Below, piece by piece: positions 54,214-64,000 of a stretch of 64,000 bases of DNA. This DNA comes from Octopus vulgaris (lineage: Eukaryota), in the NCBI GenBank assembly GCA_951406725.2, contig OX597824.1:98828001-98892000 (forward strand), given 5' to 3'. The translations under genes and the position numbers were made by a program. The notes below the pieces were generated by a model. It ran no database searches and had not been told where the DNA came from. It worked only from the letters and a program-made list of their open reading frames with translations. Every line of letters starts with the position of its first letter. Position 1 is the first letter of the stretch.

Positions 54214-55544
54214 CATGAAAAAATGTGCTGCTGTGCTTTTGAAGACTTCTTGCAAAACATGTAAAGATGAGTGACAGAAAGGGCATCCAAGCTGTAAGCT
54301 GCCCCTTCTGTGATAGTGTTTGTCTAACCCATGCCAGCATGTGAAAAAAGGATGTAAACAAGTGAATGTTATACAGACACACACATTCATACACACACAC
54401 AAACACATGCAAACTTACACACACACACACACACACACATACAAACTTATACCCATGGAGAATTACAAAATTCTTGTTTATAATTTATTACAGATCATGC
54501 TTCTGTTTACAAGTTTAACAACTCAATGAGACTGGGTTTATTGTGACTTTTGCTGGGTCAGGGACAGCATTGAATGTGTGCGTGTGTGTGTCTGAGGGTG
54601 CGTGCATACTTGGTTATGTGTGTGTATGCAAGAGATAGAGTAAAGAATAAGTCAGAGGAAGTAAAGGGAAAAGAAAGAGAATCTGTTACTAAGAGAGAGA
54701 GAGAGGGAAAGAGAGTAAGACAACGATGTGTTGTGTGTGTGGCAAGAGAGGGGGAGAGAGAGGGAGATTAACCAGCAGAGTTTGTTGACTTTCTCTGACA
54801 AACAGACAGACATGTTAAGTGTTTCTTTATCACCTGATGGACAAACAGAAGGTAAGTATATTGGAGAGAGGAACCTAACAATGCTGGTGTCTTGTTGGGT
54901 GGTGGGTATGTGGGCAGGAAAGGGGTGGTCTGACTTTGAGGAGGCCCCAGGTTTATGCAAAGATGGTAAACTGTGAAGAATGTTAGATGTAGTCATCACC
55001 TCTGATAGTGTGGGTTGTGGACAAATGGGTCAAACGAATTCAATTAACCTCATCATCATCATCATCACCACCACTTAACATCCGGTTTCCGGGCTGGACA
55101 GTTCTACCGGAGCTTTCAGGCCAGAGGATTGCACCAGGTTCCATTGTCTGTTGTGGCATGGTTTCTTCAGCTGGAAGCCCTTCTTAATGCCAACCACTTT
55201 ACAGAATGTCCTGAGTGCGTTTTGCTTGGCCCCAACAGCAATGAGGTCAGCCAGTAACTTGCAAGACACGTCCCCTTCAGGAGGAATATTGGGGGACAGA
55301 ATCAGGTGTTTCGCAGTAGCAGGGAGACATGGCTACCTCAGATGGAGAGAGAGGGGAGATGGTAAAGATGTGATGGGGGGTAGGGGTCCATCCAGCCAAA
55401 TTACAGGGAGGTATATGTAAGTGAAGTGAATTCAAGGATTAGATGGGGTGGGTAGGTGAGATTGTGAAAAGAGGGTGGGCGATGAGGGGGTGTGTGGTGA
55501 GTGAGTACAGGTAGAGAGGGGGATGTTAGGAGTTGGCTATGAAT

Positions 55545-55980
55545 ACAGTGATGAATTTAACGTTCAGGTAAGGGTTCACCAGGGCTCAGTACTCAGCCCA
55601 CTCATTCATTATAGTCCTCCAGGCCATAACAGGGGAATTCAAAACTGGGTGCCCGTGGGAACTACTATATGCTGGTCACCTTGCTCTTATTGCAGATTAT
55701 GAAGCAGAAGTGGAGAAGAAATTCCAGGTATGGAAACAAAACCTGGGCCTTAAAATTAAGACAAAAGTGGTTGTTAGTAAGAAAGAAGATGAAACTTTCT
55801 TTCCGTCAGGTAAATGGCCCTGCTCCATATGTAGGAAAGGAGTTGAAAGAAATTCCATTCCCTGCACCCAGTGGACAGATAAGAGATACAGTGGTATCAC
55901 AAACAGAGCAGTATTTGTATGTGGCAGATGTGCAGGAAGACTAAGCGCTAAGAGCCCATGGGACTGAGATTCTCTCAAAA
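55545..55980 (+). mobile_element. RTE RT/PHD fragment
   Basis: gttcaccagggctcagtactcagccc and frame KWPCSICRKGVERNSIPCTQ...FVCGRC. Confidence 0.8.
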
Positions 55981-56355
55981 GCTCAACTGGTTCTTATTTT
56001 ATTGACTATGAAAGGATGAAAAGTAAAGTCTACCTTGGCAGAATTTGAACTCAGAACATGAAGATAGTTGAAATGCTGCTAAGCATTTTGCCCTTTGTGC
56101 TAACAACTCTTCCAGCCTGCTGCCTCATCAACTGAAATATATTCCTATGTTAACATTATAGACAGGACAACATATTGTACATAAGCCCAGATCATTTAAC
56201 AATCAGAAATAGGGAAACACATGATCAGGGAAAGTTACAATGTTACAACAGATTCCTATCCAGGAGCAGTTTTACACGTCATCCATTCGGTGATGATTGT
56301 GGGCTGAATCTTTAAAAACCATTCTTTGAAATTTTGAATATACTTTAAACATTTT

Positions 56356-56545
56356 CATCATCGTTTAACGTCCGTTTTCCACGCTAGCACGGGTTGGACG
56401 GTTCAACCGGGGTTTGGGAAGCCAGGGGCTGCACCAGGCTCCAGTCTAATCTGGAAGTGTTTCTACAGCTGGATGCCCTTCCTAACGCCAACCACTCCAT
56501 GAGTGTAGTGGGTGCCTTTTACGTGCCACTAGCACAGGTGCCAAG
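56356..56545 (-). mobile_element. RTE 3' UTR fragment (young subfamily)
   Basis: Close match to 59930-60110. Confidence 0.8.
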
Positions 56546-56629
56546 GGAGTCTGGTGATTTTCAAAAATATTTGCTTTATAAAGCAATCTTGATATTTATG
56601 TCATCATACTGTTGTCTTCATCAGACTCA

Positions 56630-56825
56630 GCGAACCGGCAGAATCATAACCAGGCTGAGCCAAATGCTTAGCAGCATCCTGTCCATCTTTACGTTCAGAG
56701 TTCAAATTCTGCCAAGATCGAATTATCCGCTCATCCTTTCGGAGTCAACAAAATAAATACCAGTTGCGTACTGAGACTTTGCCCCTCCCCCAGAAATTGC
56801 TGGCCTGTTGCCAAAATCTGAAACA
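56630..56825 (+). mobile_element. Family-A SINE
   Basis: ggcagaatc...gttcaaattc...tcatcctttcgg...aaatctgaaac. Confidence 0.7.
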
Positions 56826-58088
56826 AATGTTCTACTGTGTTAATTAACGTATCACCCCATTCAACCCATCACCCTCCGTTTGCCCTCGTTATGCTCTGCA
56901 TTCACCTCAACCTGTAAACACAGCACTACACCATCCAGTATATACACAATGCAGACCACAGTGTCCTATACCCATGCTACACACCCCACACTACACCTCT
57001 GTCTCTCTCTCTCTCTCTCTCTACCCTGGGTACCCCACTAATCTCGCCAATCCATATCTACTAATGCTACTCCACACAACCTTGACAATGAATGTTGTTT
57101 GTTATTCTAAAGATGACATCATTGCTGTTGTTGTTGTTGCTGTTGTTGTGTGTTGGAAAGGATTAAAGTATTTGTTTGGTGTTGAGTAAACATCACCCCC
57201 ACCCCACCCACACACATACACGTGAGTATGTGTGTGTATATACTAACAACTGATATTTACTACACACATACATACACACACATACAAACACATACATACA
57301 TACATGCATGCATACACACACACACACACATCCACCCAACAATACATTTCTGCCTCATATAAATACATACATACCTCTATATAAATACATCATCATCATC
57401 GTCAATGTCTGTTTTCTATTCTTGCATAGACTCGGTGAGGCACCATGGTCAGGGCCAACATGTGTTTGGCGTAGGTGAGGGGTTAGGGACCAAAACAGTT
57501 TTATCAATCACCAGAAAACTAAAAAAGTAATTTATGGGCAAAGAATTATTTGTTTTGTTCTTGTTACCACTTTTACCCCTCCGCAGAAAATCCCAAATTT
57601 TATTTAATTTACCTTGTGGGAAGGACTGTTTCAATGAAGTCACGTCTTGTCCTTACCTTCGAAATGCGGAGTAGATGAAACAGGGACAACTGAAGAAGGG
57701 GAATATTCCTTGTGCTGTATGTCTTGTACTCTGTTTTTTCGTTGTTTGAAAAAAAGTCCATGGTTTTGTTTTTATGTTTTCGTTTCTCATTGTGTTCAAC
57801 GTTTTTTTTTTATGTCCTGTACCCATATATGCATGTATATTTATATATAGATGTGGGTATGTATATATGCATATATTATTTGTTATATATATATAGAGAT
57901 AGATATACTATGGGCTTCTTTCAGTTTCCGTCTATTAAATCTACTCACAACGCTTTGGTTGACCCAAGGCTATAGTAGAAGACACTTGTCCAAGGTGCCA
58001 CGCAGTGGGACTGAACCCGGAACCATGTGGTTAGGAAGTAAGCTTCTTACCACACAGCCACTCCTGCACCTACACATCCTTTTTCAAG

Positions 58089-58370
<282 letters not shown>

Positions 58371-58689
58371 CAACGTTATGGAAAAAAAATGGCCTAATTA
58401 TTGAAAAAGAAAAAGTGTAACACAATTAGATAGAGCAAAAAACGGGCTTTAAAATGATATATGAAGTCAAAGTAATTTAACGAAAATTAATTTGAAAATA
58501 CATCATTTAAAACCAAAATTAAAAATCCCGCAAGAACTTTTTGACAGCTCGGGGCCAGCTAGTCACATATATATATATTGAGAAAGAGGAGGCTGTCAGA
58601 ATTTTGGATAAGTCTTTAACACTTTTGTTTGTTTTTCAAGACAAAATCAAAATCAAAACAGGAAAAACAGAACATTTCGTTGTTCTCTT

Positions 58690-59075
58690 TACTCTTTTAC
58701 TTGTTTCACTCATTTGACTGTGGCCAAACACATCGACCACAGGACTTATTCTTTGTAAGCCTAGTACTTATTCTATCGGTCTCTTTTGCGGAATCACTGA
58801 GTTACGGGGATGTAAACACACCAGCATCGGTTGTCAAGCTATGTTGGGGGGAGGGACAAACACAGAAACACAAACATATACACACACATGCATATATATA
58901 TATATATACATATGCATGACGGGCTTCTATCAATTTCAATCTATCAAATCCACTCACAAGGCTTTGGTCGGCCCAAGGCTATAGTAGAAGACACTTGCCC
59001 AAGGTGCCACGCACTGAATCCGGAACCATGTGGTTAGGAAGTAAGCTTCTTACCACACAGCCACTCCTGCACCTA
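58690..59075 (-). mobile_element. Family-B SINE (duplicated at 62634-63022)
   Basis: Full head-to-tail match to the family. Confidence 0.8.
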
Positions 59076-59257
59076 CATGAATCAGGTAGTTTTTTGAATG
59101 AATGAATCAGATATTTATTTTTGTTTTGTTTAGAAGGGGAGAATATTGTTTTTGTTTTTGGGGGGAAAGGAGGAGAGAGGAGGAAAAGCAAAGAGGGGGA
59201 AATAGACAGAGAGAGTGGTTTCAGGACAATCAAGAAAGAAGAGAATAAATAATAAGG

Positions 59258-59326
<69 letters not shown>
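59258..59326. repeat. (GATA)n microsatellite
   Basis: Direct observation. Confidence 0.95.
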
Positions 59327-59327
<1 letters not shown>

Positions 59328-59710
59328 AACTGAGAGAAAAAAAGAGATTTCTTTTCAATTTGATGTGGCCAATTCATTGAAATTTCATCACAAAGCATTT
59401 TTTTTTCCCTTTCTCCTTTCTTTCCATTGTATACCTATCAACATATTTGTAAATAAACACGTTTTCTCAAAAGGGCTGGTGACCTTTCAAAGATGTCGCT
59501 TTTAAGAAGTAGAATGGAAAAAATAAGAAACGGGGGAGGGGTGGTGCGGTCATCACTGAAAAATTATAAAAAAGAAGTTCAGTTTCATAGGACTTTGAAA
59601 TTTGAACTCTTTTTAAAATGTTTCAGTGATGACCGCAACTCTTCAAACACTAAACACACATACACCCACACACACACCTGTTTGCGTGTGTCGGTTGTAG
59701 TGAATGTGGA

Positions 59711-59879
59711 GTGACGTCACAGCTGACTTCCACCTCAAACACGAAATCCTGTCCAGTCCCATCCCATCCGCCTCACCTGTCACTCACACCTGCGAAGACT
59801 TCCTCTCTCTGGCAAATTGACTGACGAAACTTTTTTCAAATTTCATTAACGGTAGCGCATTTACAGACCTCAAGTAAGT
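59711..59879 (+). promoter_or_regulatory. Putative promoter/non-coding first exon (copy A)
   Basis: Palindromic CRE GTGACGTCAC abutting E-box CAGCTG, further CACCTG boxes, donor CAA|GTAAGT at 59874. Confidence 0.4.
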
Positions 59880-59912
59880 AAACAATCCATCTCTCTTCCA
59901 TTATATATATAT

Positions 59913-62025
59913 ATCATCATCATCATCATCATCATCGTTTAACGTCCGCTTTCCGCGCTAGCACGGGTTGGACGGTTTGACCGGGTCTGGGAAGCCAGGG
60001 GCCGCACCAGGCTCCAGTCTGAATCTGGCAGAGTTTCTACGGCTGGATGCCCTTCCTAACGCCAACCACTCCGTGAGTGGATTGGGTGCTTTTTACGTGC
60101 CACCTGCACAGGGGCCGGAGGGTCCGGCATCGTCACGATCGGTTCGAGCATTTTAACGTGTCAGCGGCACGGGGGCAACGAGGTCCGGGGTACTTTGGGG
60201 ATCGGGGTACTTTGGGGATCCAGGGTACTTTGGGGTCCGGGGTACTTAGAATGGGTAGGGGGTATGTGGAATTGCTGCAGAAAGCAGCCCGGGTCTTTGT
60301 AGTCACAGCATATCTCCAGAGATCTCGGTCCTTCGCCATTGCCTCAGTGAGGCCCAATGCTCTGAGGTCATGCTTGACCACCTCATCCCATGTCTTCCTG
60401 GGTCTACCTCTCCCCCTGATACCTTCAACTGTTTGGGAGTGGCACTTCTTCACACATCTCTCTTCATCCATCCGCAGCACATGACCATACCATCGCAAGC
60501 GTCGCTCTTGCACACCACATCCGATGCTTCTTATATCCAGCATTTCTCTCAGGATACTTACACTCTGTTTTGCGTGCACACTGACACTACACATCCAGCG
60601 GATCATGCTAGCTTCATTTCTTTCAAGTCTACGCATGTCTTCTGCAGTCACAGCCCATGTTTCATTACCGTGAAGCATGGCAGTTCGCACACATGCATCA
60701 TACAATCTACCTTTTGCTCTGAGGGAGAGACCTTTTGTTGCCAGTAGGGGTAGGAGCTTTCTGAACTTTGCCCAGGCTATTCGTATTCTAGTGGTGATAC
60801 TCTCTGTGCATCCACCTCCGCTACTAACTTGGTCTCCCAGGTAGCGGAAACTATCAACTACTTCTAGTTTCTCTCCCTGGAGTGTGATGGAATCTGTTTT
60901 CTGAGTGTCTGTTGTGTCTATTGTCCCTGTGCATCTGCCGCACATGAAAGCTATCTTATCTGTTAATTTTCCTTTAATGTTGCTGCACCTTTTATGTGTC
61001 CATAACTTACATTGGGTGCATCTTATGGAGTTTCTACCTGTACCTTTCCTACAGGTTGAGCAGGGCCACCTACCCGAGGGGATGTGTGCTGAGTACCTCT
61101 TGCTGCTTACTAATACTTTGGTCTTTGCTACATTTATTCTAAGGCCCTTTGATTCCAACCCTTGCTTCCACACCCGAAATTTCTCTTCTAGTTCCGGTAG
61201 TGATTCTGCTATGAGAGCTAGGTCATCGGCATAGAGGAGCTCCCAGGGGCATCCCGTTTTGAATTCCTCTGTTATTGCCTGAAGGACTATGATGAATAAA
61301 AGGGGACTGAGGGCTGAGCCCTGGTGCACACCTACTTCTACTCGGAATTCTTCACTATATTCGTTGCCAATCCTAACCTTGCTGACAGCCTCTCTGTATA
61401 GAGCTTGTACAGCCCTTATTAGCCATTCTTCAATCTCCAGTTTCCGCATCGACCACCAGATAAGGGAACGGGGAACCCTGTCAAAGGCTTTCTCCAAGTC
61501 TACAAAAGCTATGTAGAGGGGTTTATCTTTAGCTAGGTACTTCTCCTGCAGTTGTCGGACCAGGAATATAGCATCAGTGGTGCTTCTACCTGGTACAAAA
61601 CCGAACTGCATTTCATCTAAACAAATTCTCTCCCTAATGAGATTGGTTATGACCTTCTCTGAGACCTTCATCACCTGGTCCAACAGTTTGATACCTCTGT
61701 AGTTATTTCTATCTAGAGCATCACCCTTACCCTTGTAGCAGTTGAATATGGTGCTGCTGCACCAGTCATTGGGTATGGCTCCATTGTGAACTACCTGGTT
61801 TACAATGCGGGTGACTATGGCATGGCCCACATAGCCAGTAAGCATCTCAGCAGTGATTCCTGATAGGCCAGGGGCTTTGCCTGGTTTCATATCCTTAATT
61901 GCCTTATCTACAAGGGAGCTGTCTATTCGGGTAGCTGGTCCCTCTACTGGGTCAACATTTGGCAGGCTCTCCTCCTCCCATTCATTCTCCTCATTCAGCA
62001 GTCTTTCATAATGGCTTCTCCAAGC

Positions 62026-62028
<3 letters not shown>
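59913..62028 (-). mobile_element. Young 5'-truncated RTE-clade LINE: intact RT with internal PHD finger, structured 3' UTR, (GAT)n tail
   Basis: Open frame from [11 protein letters not shown] with [43 protein letters not shown] (61222-61233), [23 protein letters not shown]. Endonuclease absent. Tail read as (cat)n on the + strand. Confidence 0.93.
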
Positions 62029-62106
<78 letters not shown>

Positions 62107-62134
62107 CATATATATATACATATACATATATATA

Positions 62135-62243
<109 letters not shown>

Positions 62244-62260
62244 ATACATATATATATATA

Positions 62261-62314
<54 letters not shown>

Positions 62315-63203
62315 CAACGTTATGGAAAAAAAATGGCCTAATTATTGAAAAAGAAAAAGTGTAACACAATTAGATAGAGCAAAAAACGGGCTTTAAAATG
62401 ATATATGAAGTCAAAGTAATTTAACGAAAATTAATTTGAAAATACATCATTTAAAACCAAAATTAAAAATCCCGCAAGAACTTTTTGACAGCTCGGGGCC
62501 AGCTAGTCACATATATATATATTGAGAAAGAGGAGGCTGTCAGAATTTTGGATAAGTCTTTAACACTTTTGTTTGTTTTTCAAGACAAAATCAAAATCAA
62601 AACAGGAAAAACAGAACATTTCGTTGTTCTCTTTACTCTTTTACTTGTTTCACTCATTTGACTGTGGCCAAACACATCGACCACAGGACTTATTCTTTGT
62701 AAGCCTAGTACTTATTCTATCGGTCTCTTTTGCGGAATCACTGAGTTACGGGGATGTAAACACACCAGCATCGGTTGTCAAGCTATGTTGGGGGGGAGGG
62801 ACAAACACAGAAACACAAACATATACACACACATGCATATATATATATATATACATATGCATGACGGGCTTCTATCAATTTCAATCTATCAAATCCACTC
62901 ACAAGGCTTTGGTCGGCCCAAGGCTATAGTAGAAGACACTTGCCCAAGGTGCCACGCACTGAATCCGGAACCATGTGGTTAGGAAGTAAGCTTCTTACCA
63001 CACAGCCACTCCTGCACCTACATGAATCAGGTAGTTTTTTGAATGAATGAATCAGATATTTATTTTTGTTTTGTTTAGAAGGGGAGAATATTGTTTTTGT
63101 TTTTGGGGGGGAAAGGAGGAGAGAGGAGGAAAAGCAAAGAGGGGGAAATAGACAGAGAGAGTGGTTTCAGGACAATCAAGAAAGAAGAGAATAAATAATA
63201 AGG

Positions 63204-63353
<150 letters not shown>

Positions 63354-63735
63354 AACTGAGAGAAAGAAAGAGATTTCTTTTCAATTTGATGTGGCCAATT
63401 CATTGAAATTTCATCACAAAGCATTTTTTTTTCCCTTTCTACTTTCTTTCCATTGTATACCTATCAACATATTTGTAAATAAACACGTTTTCTCAAAAGG
63501 GCTGGTGACCTTTCAAAGATGTCGCTTTTAAGAAGTAGAATGGAAAAAATAAGAAACGGGGAGGGGTGGTGCGGTCATCACTGAAAAATTATAAAAAAGA
63601 AGTTCAGTTTCATAGGACTTTGAAATTTGAACTCTTTTTAAAATGTTTCAGTGATGACCGCAACTCTTCAAACACTAAACACACATACACCCACACACAC
63701 ACCTGTTTGCGTGTGTCGGTTGTAGTGAATGTGGA

Positions 63736-63904
63736 GTGACGTCACAGCTGACTTCCACCTCAAACACGAAATCCTGTCCAGTCCCATCCCATCCGCCTCA
63801 CCTGTCACTCACACCTGCGAAGACTTCCTCTCTCTGGCAAATTGACTGACGAAACTTTTTTCAAATTTCATTAACGGTAGCGCATTTACAGACCTCAAGT
63901 AAGT
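63736..63904 (+). promoter_or_regulatory. Putative promoter/non-coding first exon (copy B)
   Basis: Identical copy; donor GTAAGT at 63899. Confidence 0.4.
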
Positions 63905-63924
63905 AAACAATCCATCTCTCTTCC

Positions 63925-63968
<44 letters not shown>

Positions 63969-64000
63969 AAGAGCTAAGTAAGTGTAATGCCGTGTCTATT

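Noticed and set aside
59821-59830. CTGACGAAAC hammerhead-like core
   Set aside because: No room for stem II between the two core halves

Overview
AT-rich, microsatellite- and retroposon-dense eukaryotic DNA. The repeat content suggests a coleoid cephalopod such as Octopus (inference). There are three conserved genes. (1) An intronless KCTD3/SHKBP1-like BTB+WD40 gene (- strand, 3058-5226) sits head-to-head with (2) a 20-exon SCYL1 pseudokinase/HEAT gene (+, 6092-33765, ~831 aa reconstructed by hand). (3) A 6-exon ZCRB1 (U11/U12-31K) gene follows (+, 40231-46746, ~208 aa). Introns and the intergenic DNA hold three tRNA-type SINE families, many RTE-clade LINE fragments, a hAT MITE, Penelope-like remnants and hammerhead-ribozyme motifs. 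The most striking observations: a young 5'-truncated RTE LINE with a PHD finger inside its RT, flanked by a ~1.85-kb near-perfect direct duplication that copies a putative promoter/first exon; a ~66-bp tandem array of pseudoknot+hairpin units in the RTE 3' UTR; and an inverted SINE pair in ZCRB1 intron 1. Family names come from motif recognition only; no searches were run.
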